From NCBI GenBank assembly GCA_965199495.1, contig CBDASK010000003.1, forward strand, positions 4,256,001-4,320,000: 64,000 bases of DNA. The letters are read 5' to 3'. The stretch's first letter is position 1, and every line of letters begins with the position of its first letter. The notes under the pieces are model-generated. The model made no database searches. It worked only from the letters and a program-made list of their open reading frames with translations, and was not told the origin of the DNA. Positions 27,153 to 35,730 of the stretch are shown in pieces. Source of the stretch: Abditibacterium sp. (GTDB lineage Bacteria; Armatimonadota; Abditibacteriia; Abditibacteriales; Abditibacteriaceae). The position numbers and the translations under genes are program-made.

Positions 27153-27671
27153 AGCTTTAGATCTCCTGTTGATTTTCCACAGGCAATGTCGATTCCTTCC
27201 AAAATGCGACTTCATCGCCGCCGATGCCCACGCCGCCAAAGCCGCCGCCGCGTCTGGGCACGTTTGTCCAACCCCTGCCGTCCCACAGCAAAATCGAAAC
27301 GCGCTGATTCTGCTTCGGCGGCGTGAACATCGAAATCCAGCCCTGCGCCAACAAACTTTCGCGTTCTTTTATCAGCCCTTCGAGTTCCGCGCGGGTCAAA
27401 TCGTCTAACATTTTTTGTCCTCCTTGATTTCGCTCAGTTCTATTTTCCAGTGCGGAGGTTTTTCGTAGTTGTGACACTCCACACCTGTGATACGACGGGT
27501 CAGAGTAGCGCCCGTCAGAAATTCGAGAGGGGATATATTGCTCCAAAATCACTTCGTCGCCGACGGCGAATTCTGTTTCCGAAGTCGAAAAAACGATGGC
27601 GGGCGAGTTTTGCTGAATGTAGCTGAAAAATTCAGCATCGGCGTGGGTGCGGTGAGTGGTCAGGTGAGTGG

Positions 27672-28133
27672 TCATAAGACGGTCTCCAATTCGCGTTGAA
27701 AACCGACGGCATCGAGCGCACCCGATTTCCACATCTTCTCGATTTTGTCAGCGCGGTTCACATCGACTTTGAACTCGCGTAACACGCCGCAAAAACCGCA
27801 AACCGCGAAATCAAACGCCAGATCATTTGCGGTAGCGAGTAGTTCAGCCGCGATTTGTCGGGCTTGCTCTAATGCCGCCTGTGGTTCGATCACGCGATGC
27901 GCCCGCGCCCGTTTATGCAACGTCGCGCAGGCTTTGTCTTTCGCGCGTTTGGGTTCTTCACGCGCGTGAGGATCGGACGTGTTGCGCTTATAAATTTTGG
28001 CCGCGTCCGCCAGGCGTTTTTGCAGCGGCGGCGCCAGCATATTCCAGTGCGTCGCGCAAAACGAGGTCGCCGTCGTGTTTTCGCAATTCGGCAGCGCGCA
28101 CTTTGGCAACGTTGATGTTTTTGGTGTTTGCAT
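27672..28133 (-). CDS. Hypothetical protein with Cys/His knuckle
   Basis: CALPNC..FCATHW; start placed at MQTPK. Confidence 0.55.
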   Translation of the reverse strand: MQTPKTSTLPKCALPNCENTTATSFCATHWNMLAPPLQKRLADAAKIYKRNTSDPHAREEPKRAKDKACATLHKRARAHRVIEPQAALEQARQIAAELLATANDLAFDFAVCGFCGVLREFKVDVNRADKIEKMWKSGALDAVGFQRELETVL

Positions 28134-28142
28134 ATTGAAACT

Positions 28143-28216
28143 TGGAACTGACGGGACTCGAACCCGCATCTACCGATGGTCTAATGCCACCTGCCTCGCC
28201 GTTGGGCTACAGTTCC
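28143..28216 (-). tRNA. tRNA-like gene with apparent TTA anticodon
   Basis: Acceptor GGAACTG/CAGTTCC, D arm GCC-CAACGGCGA-GGC, anticodon arm GGTGG-CATTAGA-CCATC, T arm GCGGG-TTCGAGT-CCCGT. Confidence 0.75.
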
Positions 28217-28255
28217 GATTGGCTGCGGTGAGAATCGCACTCGCAACGTCGATGC

Positions 28256-28489
28256 TTAACGTTTTCTCGAACGCTTCAATTTGTTGCGATTGTGGCATGA
28301 GTTGCATTCGCTTCCCAGTCCGTCGTGTTGTGAGGCATTGTTTCTGAAAAATGCTTTAACCACGAACGCGGAGCAGGCGTAACACCATTTGCGTCCGCCA
28401 GTGCGCTCGCTGGCATATTCTTCCAGCGAGATGCCGATATTGCGCGCTGCCACTTTCCACACGCTCGGATATTTGGGTTGTTCATTCAT
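28256..28489 (-). CDS. Small zinc-finger phage protein
   Basis: KWCYAC...F......DGL.SECNSC. Confidence 0.65.
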   Translation of the reverse strand: MNEQPKYPSVWKVAARNIGISLEEYASERTGGRKWCYACSAFVVKAFFRNNASQHDGLGSECNSCHNRNKLKRSRKR

Positions 28490-29361
28490 GATTTACGTTT
28501 TTGCGGGCGCGACAGCGAATTATTTTTCGGCCCGCATTTTTTGCGTTTGATCTGATCGGCTTTATGGCGCTCCTGATACTCGCGCCGTTTGTATTCGGGA
28601 TGGCGCCGGATCGCATCCCACTTGCGCTCTATCCCACGCGCCGCCACCTGAGAGACGATGTCGGCTTTGATAGCTTCGTTGCGCGCGCGCAGTTCGGCCT
28701 GGCGTTCCGGCGCGGCCATGCCGCTGAATTTGCGCGGCCAAACCCGGTCGCGCGCCAGTCCCTCGAACTCGCGATTGTCGCGGCTGGCCTCAAACCGCTC
28801 CAAAATGTAGGCGCTCTGCGCATCGTTGAAAGCCAAGCCCGCTTTAATACGTCCGCGTCGTTGGATTGGTGTGCATCTCTGCAAAGCGCGCGAAACCGTT
28901 GTGCGGTCGCGCACCAGAACTTCGTTATGCCCTCGCGCCAGCAAACATGCCCAGCCACGGCGATGAAGCCAAGATAGAACTTCTTTTGTGCCGGTCGGCC
29001 ACGTCGCGCGCAAAAACGCGCGCTCAAACTCCGAAAGTTCGCCGGTGCGATTCCCTTCGCTGGGAACCTGATGTCCGCCCTCGGTCAGCCTCCAACGTGA
29101 GCGGTTGAGCGCATCACTGCAACGCCGAAACAGGCGCGCGCGGCGCCGATGCCCGACTTTGGCGCAGAAGATAATCGGCGCGATTTCGTCCTGCTCGCGC
29201 GCCCACGCGTCGTAATCGTTCTCGCCCGGCATTTGCTCCGGTTCCATCGCCGCCACTAAATCGCGAATAGGCGCGAACTCGGTATCGGGCAGCAGCTGAC
29301 ACGCCGTGCAACGCAGACAATTTAGTCCGATGTTTTTCGCAATTGGCAAGGTCGGCATCAT
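28486..29361 (-). CDS. Cys-rich hypothetical protein (paralog of 19829..20581)
   Basis: CLRC..C, CAK.G, FNDAQSAYILE, AARG...W. Confidence 0.6.
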   Translation of the reverse strand: MMPTLPIAKNIGLNCLRCTACQLLPDTEFAPIRDLVAAMEPEQMPGENDYDAWAREQDEIAPIIFCAKVGHRRRARLFRRCSDALNRSRWRLTEGGHQVPSEGNRTGELSEFERAFLRATWPTGTKEVLSWLHRRGWACLLARGHNEVLVRDRTTVSRALQRCTPIQRRGRIKAGLAFNDAQSAYILERFEASRDNREFEGLARDRVWPRKFSGMAAPERQAELRARNEAIKADIVSQVAARGIERKWDAIRRHPEYKRREYQERHKADQIKRKKCGPKNNSLSRPQKRKS

Positions 29362-29707
29362 TTGGCCTCCACGGGCGTTTTTCCGTCAACTATCAACAAC
29401 ACTTCGTTTACAGGCCACGCATCGCACAGCGACAAACACGCGTCGGCGCGCTCACCCATCGTCACCCATAGCGTAAACACCATTAAGGCGATGGCTTCGG
29501 CGCCCGTCACCGGACGTGGACTCCAAGAGGGAAAAACGATCTTGTCTTTTAACTGCTTGGGCAATTCGTGGAACAGGTGAAGCGGCACCTCGCCATTGAG
29601 CGCATTGAGTTCCTGACGCAGTTGACGAAGTGTTACGCCGTCCATCGCGCGCAACCGAGGCAACACCGAGACGCCTTTCCATAAAACCTGAATTTGTAGC
29701 GCGTCCA

Positions 29708-30610
29708 TTATTCGACCTCCCAACGCGTGCGCAGCAGCGAAAATTTTGCGCCCTTGATGACATCGCACTTCACGATGTCGCGCCCTTCGCAAAACGCCGC
29801 CCAGCAGTGCGCCACGCCCAGCAACAGTAAACCGCGCTCGCGCCGCTCCGTTTCGCGCAGAAAGTAGAGTAAAGTGCGCCGCGCATCGCCCGCGCGCAAA
29901 CCGTCATCCGCCGCCATCGTCGCCCAAAATTCAATCGCCGTTTCGGGCGCCGCCCCGAAGGTCGCCAGCGCGGGCGCCATGACGGGCGCGTGCAGCAAAA
30001 GCGCGGCGTTTGGCGAGTTCTCTATTGCTTTGAAAAACTCCACGGCGGGCGCCAGCCACGGCTCTATCACCTCGGCCAGCGCGACGCGCGATTTGAGCAT
30101 GGGGAGATTTTTGTTCGTCAACGAGAAATCCGAAGCGATGATGCGAACCGCGCGATGCAGGGCGCCCACCTGCGATTTCAACAAATCTTCTCGTTCGCCC
30201 ACGCCCATCGCGACGAACGAATCGCTCGCGCTGCGATTGCGGATGTTGTCCTGCTCGGCATAATCGCGCGCCACATCCGCGTAAGTGGCGACTTTGACGC
30301 GCTCGACGCCAAATCGCACCGCTTGGCCGCTTTCGATAACCGCTTCCAAACGATGCTGACCGTTGGTCAAAAACCAGCGCATTTTCGGTTTGCCGTCCGC
30401 GCCCTTTTCGTCGCCGGGATAGCCAGTCAATCGAAGCGACGAAAAGCGCAGACGTTCGGCCTCGATCTGGCCGACCAGATAACAGACGTGGGCGCGCGAG
30501 AGAGTTCTTTGACCGTCGTAGCGAAAACGCACGAGCCACGACTTCGCCAGTTCGGGCGTGATGTCGTAGGTAACGGTATCGTCGTTTTTCAAAACTTCGG
30601 GAGAATTCAT
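29708..30610 (-). CDS. ParB/DGQHR-like N-terminal domain phage protein
   Basis: ITPELA..WL...QR, LTNGQHRLEAVIES. Confidence 0.7.
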   Translation of the reverse strand: MNSPEVLKNDDTVTYDITPELAKSWLVRFRYDGQRTLSRAHVCYLVGQIEAERLRFSSLRLTGYPGDEKGADGKPKMRWFLTNGQHRLEAVIESGQAVRFGVERVKVATYADVARDYAEQDNIRNRSASDSFVAMGVGEREDLLKSQVGALHRAVRIIASDFSLTNKNLPMLKSRVALAEVIEPWLAPAVEFFKAIENSPNAALLLHAPVMAPALATFGAAPETAIEFWATMAADDGLRAGDARRTLLYFLRETERRERGLLLLGVAHCWAAFCEGRDIVKCDVIKGAKFSLLRTRWEVE

Positions 30611-31278
30611 GGCGTCACCTCGTCACCTTCGGAGCCGTCTCGCTGCACCGCGCGCCATAACGCACTCTGAAAAACGTCTTCCAGTTGCGGCATTTTCATC
30701 CAGTGCGAGGCGAACATTGAACCGACGCTCAGGCGAAAGGTGCAAGCTGTTGAATAAGAGGGCACAACGGCATTTGCCCACAAGTTGCCTTCGACATCTG
30801 TATATTCGCCGCGCACTAAAACCCATGATCCGCTCGGCACTTTCACGTTCATCCGATGCCAGTGGCCGAACTCCTCAAATTCTTCCGGAGTAGTTTTCCG
30901 GCGCTCTGGCCAACGCGTGCTTTCGACACTACCACAGAGCATCAAATGGTAATCGTCGCGGATGAATCGGCTCATATCGAGCAGAGGATAATCGCCGCGT
31001 AGTGCCTTGAAATAGGCGCGGTAGAGCGGACTGAACCACGCATCATCTCCGATGACAAACGCTTGGAAAAGCGCGGTTTCGACACCTTTAAACAGGTCGG
31101 GTGCCGCGCCGTAAAGGCGCGCGTTGGCGAGGCCGTGATGAAACGAATCGGGCGACTTGTCATTGTAAACCTTCGCCAGAACATCATCGCTCTGGCAAGT
31201 CGTAATGTAATAATTTTCGCCGGATTCAGTGAGTTCGACGCGCAAAGCCACGTCGGTGAAGGGTTTGATTTCGATCAT
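30607..31278 (-). CDS. Hypothetical phage protein
   Basis: ANARLYGAAPDL motif common in phage proteins; HWMKMP. Confidence 0.6.
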   Translation of the reverse strand: MIEIKPFTDVALRVELTESGENYYITTCQSDDVLAKVYNDKSPDSFHHGLANARLYGAAPDLFKGVETALFQAFVIGDDAWFSPLYRAYFKALRGDYPLLDMSRFIRDDYHLMLCGSVESTRWPERRKTTPEEFEEFGHWHRMNVKVPSGSWVLVRGEYTDVEGNLWANAVVPSYSTACTFRLSVGSMFASHWMKMPQLEDVFQSALWRAVQRDGSEGDEVTP

Positions 31279-31667
31279 GCGGCCTCACCAAATAATCCCG
31301 CCCCGTAGAGCGATTGTTCTTCGAGTTTGTGCTGAACCTGCGCGAACATCCGTTGCGCCGCTTTTTGTGCGAACGTGGGCCACGCTGATGAATCGTGAAT
31401 TTCCTCGTATAAAACGCAGGGCGCGTTGAGAGAGCCGGAAATTTCGGCTTCGGCTTCAACCATCGAAATAAGCGTTTTATTAAATTTTTGGATGATGGAC
31501 ACGCGGCGAGAGCCTCTTTTATCAAACACCAGTTCGGACGCCATTAGCGTCTCGCCGATTTGGAATGGAACATCATTTTGAATGTGGAAAGTGACAGTCA
31601 ATTTATCCTCGATAAATTGAACCTGATGTTTTTGGTTGTCTCCTCGGCCCGTTTGGAATTGATTCAT
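31275..31667 (-). CDS. Hypothetical phage protein
   Basis: ATGA coupling. Confidence 0.55.
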   Translation of the reverse strand: MNQFQTGRGDNQKHQVQFIEDKLTVTFHIQNDVPFQIGETLMASELVFDKRGSRRVSIIQKFNKTLISMVEAEAEISGSLNAPCVLYEEIHDSSAWPTFAQKAAQRMFAQVQHKLEEQSLYGAGLFGEAA

Positions 31668-32098
31668 GCGGCCTCCATTTCGGCCCGCAACAACAGGCCG
31701 AGCGCCGGATTGAGCGTGTCGCCATAATTCTTGCGCCAGATCGTCAGCACGTGGCTGATGCCGCCCCGTAGAATGCCATCGGAATGGTTAAGTTCAATCG
31801 TCGAGGCTAACTTCGCCCACTGCGTTTCATCGAGAGGCACCGGCACCAAGGCGCCGCACAATTGCAACGAATCGTAGAGAGAGCCGAAACGGTTTTTGGG
31901 CAAAGCCAGCAAGTGATCAAAAGCGACTTTGGGAATCGGCTCGCCTTCGCCAAACGAAGCGGCCAGAGACAACGCACGGCGCGCGACTGTGTTGCCGTTT
32001 AGTCCTGCCAAAATTAAACGGCCCTGCTCGGATGTGCAGATCGCGTCCACGCGATCCTGCGCGGCGGACATCAGTTCTTGAAGGTTAAAGGGTTTCAT
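31664..32098 (-). CDS. Hypothetical phage protein
   Basis: ATGA coupling. Confidence 0.55.
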   Translation of the reverse strand: MKPFNLQELMSAAQDRVDAICTSEQGRLILAGLNGNTVARRALSLAASFGEGEPIPKVAFDHLLALPKNRFGSLYDSLQLCGALVPVPLDETQWAKLASTIELNHSDGILRGGISHVLTIWRKNYGDTLNPALGLLLRAEMEAA

Positions 32099-32118
32099 AA
32101 GTGGAACCGGATTTGTGG

Positions 32119-32472
32119 TTATTCCGCGCTTTCTCCCGTCATGGCGCAGAATTGCTCCCAGTTCGTGAACCCCATCTCTTTGAACTCCGCGATGTCGAGC
32201 AGGTAGGTGTTTTCGCTCACGATATGATCGGCCATGAAAACCGCCATTTTCGCCTCGCGAAAGGCTTTGACACAGTCGTTTTTCGCGCGATCAAGGACGA
32301 TCTGTGGGTATTGCCGACCTTCATCAGCAGTGGACTCGTTGTGTTTCAGATACTCATCGAGTGAAGCTTGGGCTTGTTGCGCTTGAGTTTCACATCGTTT
32401 TGACTGAAAAAGAAACGCTTTGCGCAGCTCTATGCCGGTAAATGAGAATAGAATACCTTTTATTGGGTTCAT
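32119..32472 (-). CDS. Hypothetical phage protein
   Basis: 117 aa ORF. Confidence 0.55.
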   Translation of the reverse strand: MNPIKGILFSFTGIELRKAFLFQSKRCETQAQQAQASLDEYLKHNESTADEGRQYPQIVLDRAKNDCVKAFREAKMAVFMADHIVSENTYLLDIAEFKEMGFTNWEQFCAMTGESAE

Positions 32473-32909
32473 GATGATGTGTTTTGGAACGCTTGATTCG
32501 TTACGTAACTATTTGAAATGGGGATGGCGCAGAAGCAGCCACGGCGGAGATGTGGCGCGAGGGCGTCGCCGTGGCTGCTCCCTCGCGCCTGGCGTCGAGA
32601 TCGAGTTGCAGACCGTGGATAGCTTTTACGAACCGGCCTACACACTGGCCCACTGTTGGATCGCTGCACATCGCGTTCATGTCACGCGATGTGCAGCGCA
32701 GAGTCGAGGGTGAAGCGGAAGTCATGATTCACCGTCCCGTAAAGTGGCGAGCAGTTGATATGTCTGCACCATCCACTGCTCGCAGACGGTCACGCTTTCC
32801 CAATTGCGCTCGATCTCAAACTGCTGACTCTGTTGCGCAATGGCGTCGAGTGCTTCGCGCAGGGCGGAGATCGTCTCGACCGTGCCGACGGATTGAAGAA
32901 TAGCAGAGG

Positions 32910-33173
32910 TCACGTTGCCTCCTGTTGACTGGTGAGTGCCGAGTTTCGAGTCAGGCCCAGAGCCTCGCGCTCTTCCCACAGTTGAATGTTGTCCTCGCGA
33001 AAAATGCGCAAATTGCGACCAATCCGCTCGACCACAACAGTTCCCTGCGAAATCTTGTTGCGAAAGGAAGCTTCCCCGTATCCCAACTCCTCGGCGGCCT
33101 GAGCGACGGTCAGACCGCCTTTTCGCGGAATTTTCGCCAGCGAGGGAGATTTCGTTAAAAGTGAGGTGTCCAT
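32910..33173 (-). CDS. Excisionase/Cro-like HTH (HTH_17 type)
   Basis: LTVAQAAEELG.......I..G......IG..LRI; divergent from repressor. Confidence 0.75.
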   Translation of the reverse strand: MDTSLLTKSPSLAKIPRKGGLTVAQAAEELGYGEASFRNKISQGTVVVERIGRNLRIFREDNIQLWEEREALGLTRNSALTSQQEAT

Positions 33174-33344
33174 AGAAAAATGCGCTCATCGCGCGCGCAA
33201 TTCAATTTTAAACCACATTAAAACAAATTACAAGGGATTTAAACCAAATAAACAAAGAATAAATCACATGGTAAAAGGAGTGGAAACGGGAGAAAATGTT
33301 TATCAGGCAATTATAACCCGTTAAAACAGGTTATAATGAAATGA

Positions 33345-34085
33345 GTGAAAACACACATTGCCACCAGAGCTATGAGCCGTCAATCTCCTGAAGATCGTTT
33401 CGCGGGCAAGAGCAAACGCGCCCGTGTTCACGCCGTCGGTCGCCCGCCCAAGGAGGGCGATCTGGCGGATGTGCGCAAAGACATCCTTTTCGAGCCGGAC
33501 GAATGGGCCGAGATCGAGAACGCGTTGGGTGATGTCGGCAAGCGCGGCGTGAGTCCTCGTCTGCGCGAATTGCTGCTCGAATGGGCGCGTGGCAAGTTGG
33601 TAAAGCCGGAAGCGTTAGAGCAAAGTCTGCAAGCCGGTTTCGACGCCCAACTGGTGGCACTGGGCACCGACGCTTTCCGCGCGCCGATCCTGAGCGATGT
33701 GCCGTGCGGCCCGTGGGGCAAAGCGCTCGAAGAGGCGCCCTCGTTTGCGATCTCGCGCGACACCGCGCTCGAAGTGGAAGCGCGTCCCGGCGATGTGTTC
33801 GTGCGCTTGCGTGGCGAGAGCATGACCGGCGCGGGGCTTGTGGATGGACAAATCGCTCTGGTGAGGCCACTGGGCGACAAACCGCCACGCCGCCACGATA
33901 TCATGGTGATGCAAGTCGCGCGCAAAAACGGCGAGGTCGAGGGCACGATCAAACGTTATGATGGCACGGACGCGCAGGGCCGCGAGCGATTGGTAGATGG
34001 CGCGGGCGAGCCGTTCGCATTACCCGCTGATGTGACTTCGCTTGCTTTTATCGCGCGCGTTCAGGCCACTCTGGGACTGGTGTAA
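33345..34085 (+). CDS. S24 (LexA/CI-like) self-cleaving repressor
   Basis: VPCG cleavage-site-like motif, RGESM (catalytic Ser), TIKR (catalytic Lys). Confidence 0.8.
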   Translation: MKTHIATRAMSRQSPEDRFAGKSKRARVHAVGRPPKEGDLADVRKDILFEPDEWAEIENALGDVGKRGVSPRLRELLLEWARGKLVKPEALEQSLQAGFDAQLVALGTDAFRAPILSDVPCGPWGKALEEAPSFAISRDTALEVEARPGDVFVRLRGESMTGAGLVDGQIALVRPLGDKPPRRHDIMVMQVARKNGEVEGTIKRYDGTDAQGRERLVDGAGEPFALPADVTSLAFIARVQATLGLV

Positions 34086-34187
34086 AACCACACGACCTGC
34101 CACGCGCATCTTTCGGTGTGCGCTTAGACCTGTGCGTCCCCGGCGCACGATCCGTCTGGAATTTGAAAACCAGAAAAAAGTCGCATT

Positions 34188-34670
34188 ATGCAGAACCCGT
34201 CCGCTCCCGTTTGGGAAAATGCCGCACCCACCGCCGTCGTTCCCGCCCACAGGTGGGGAGACAACCTAGTTGATCCGTATGCCGATTTGTGCTTTGCCGA
34301 TGGTCGTCGTTACCGCGTTCTAATTGAAGAAACGTGTGTCCGGGAGGGCGATGAGGTGCGCGCTCGCTTTGGCATGGAGGCGCGCTTTGTCGTGGATTTC
34401 GAGGTGCAGAGCGAGATTGTCCATCGCTGGCGCGAAGGCGGACATCCTCAAGGATTTCGCGTGATCGTTTCACTCGATGCCATCAGAGGCGGAGTGTTGG
34501 AATCCGTCGGTTACGGCGAGTCCTCGCTTTGTGGCCGCGCGACCGCATTGCTTTTGCTGGCGCGCCTTTATGTCCACCGATTCCTCGCGCAATCCGGTGG
34601 CGGCGGTGGCTACTCGCTTCACACGCGCCCGTCGCTTTTGTGGGTGAGCGGAGGAGAAGAGGACTTTTAA
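34188..34670 (+). CDS. Hypothetical protein
   Basis: Between repressor and parB; ends 1 nt before parB start. Confidence 0.45.
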   Translation: MQNPSAPVWENAAPTAVVPAHRWGDNLVDPYADLCFADGRRYRVLIEETCVREGDEVRARFGMEARFVVDFEVQSEIVHRWREGGHPQGFRVIVSLDAIRGGVLESVGYGESSLCGRATALLLLARLYVHRFLAQSGGGGGYSLHTRPSLLWVSGGEEDF

Positions 34671-34671
34671 A

Positions 34672-35721
34672 ATGCAAACTCAAATTGAAATCGCGGATGA
34701 TGAGGAACTTGAGCCGATCTCTGATGCGTTCCTGTTCCCAATCGAACGTATCGTTCCGCAGATTGACCAACCCCGCTCAACAATCAAGGAAGAATCCATT
34801 GATAACATTGCGACCTCCATTCGTAATGGCCTGGGCAAACGTGTGGCGGGAACCGGGCTAATTCATCCCTTGCTGGTGCGCTGGGTCGCCGGTGCCATCC
34901 AATCCAACGGACAACCCAAGAAAAATGCGCGCGTCGAGATTGTCGCGGGTGAGACGCGTTACTGGGCTTGTAAAAAGGTTGGCCTGACTCATGTGCCCGT
35001 TATTATCTCCGATCAAGACAGCGAGGAAGCTTACGAAGACGCGTTGATCGAGAATATCCTGCGCGGCGACCTCCCACCGGAAAAAGAAGGGCAAGGGTTT
35101 TTGCACCTGAAAAACAAATTGGGACTAACAACAGAGAAGCTGGCTGTTCGCCTTTACGGAGACATCTCGCGCGTGGGCTATATCAACAATCGCCTCGATA
35201 TGACTCGCCTGAATCCCATCGTGCAGCAGTTGGTCAGCAAACGCGAGGATTCGATGACCGCCGCGCGGCGCATCCAGACCCTCAAAAATGAAAGCACGCA
35301 AAAAGAGTTAGTTGATTATATGATTAGTGGCGGCACTTTCAAAGAGTTAGACAAGAAAATCAAGGAGATCAAAGGTCAGGTAGACACCGGCCAGACGCCC
35401 GCCCAAAAGCGCGAAGAGAACGAGATGCAACAGAAACTTCGCTCCGCTTTTCCCGTCGCCGCCGCGCAACACGATGCAGACAAAACCAATTCGCAAAGTT
35501 CCGACGCTCCGAGCGAGACGGGCGATAATTCGCCCTCGCCCAAAGTCAACGCTTTGCCACGTATAGACGTGAGTGCGGCGCTGCAATCCATCGAAGCGCA
35601 ACTCGAAACCGTGGCGGATGTGCTGGCACCCATCGCTTTGCCGCCAGCCAAACGCGCCGAGTATCGACAGCAGATCGAGCGTCTGAGGGCAGGGATAGAG
35701 AAGGTTGAAGCGCAAATTTGA
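34672..35721 (+). CDS. ParB/Spo0J family protein
   Basis: DQPR, GLIHPLLVR, IVAGETRYWA, ALIENILRGDL, HTH. Confidence 0.88.
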   Translation: MQTQIEIADDEELEPISDAFLFPIERIVPQIDQPRSTIKEESIDNIATSIRNGLGKRVAGTGLIHPLLVRWVAGAIQSNGQPKKNARVEIVAGETRYWACKKVGLTHVPVIISDQDSEEAYEDALIENILRGDLPPEKEGQGFLHLKNKLGLTTEKLAVRLYGDISRVGYINNRLDMTRLNPIVQQLVSKREDSMTAARRIQTLKNESTQKELVDYMISGGTFKELDKKIKEIKGQVDTGQTPAQKREENEMQQKLRSAFPVAAAQHDADKTNSQSSDAPSETGDNSPSPKVNALPRIDVSAALQSIEAQLETVADVLAPIALPPAKRAEYRQQIERLRAGIEKVEAQI

Positions 35722-35730
35722 GCAAACATA

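Noticed and set aside
28220..28262. Second tRNA next to the TTA tRNA (GCGAG-TGCGATT-CTCAC..GCAGCCA)
   Set aside because: Only a degenerate 3' half; no matching 5' acceptor strand or D arm found
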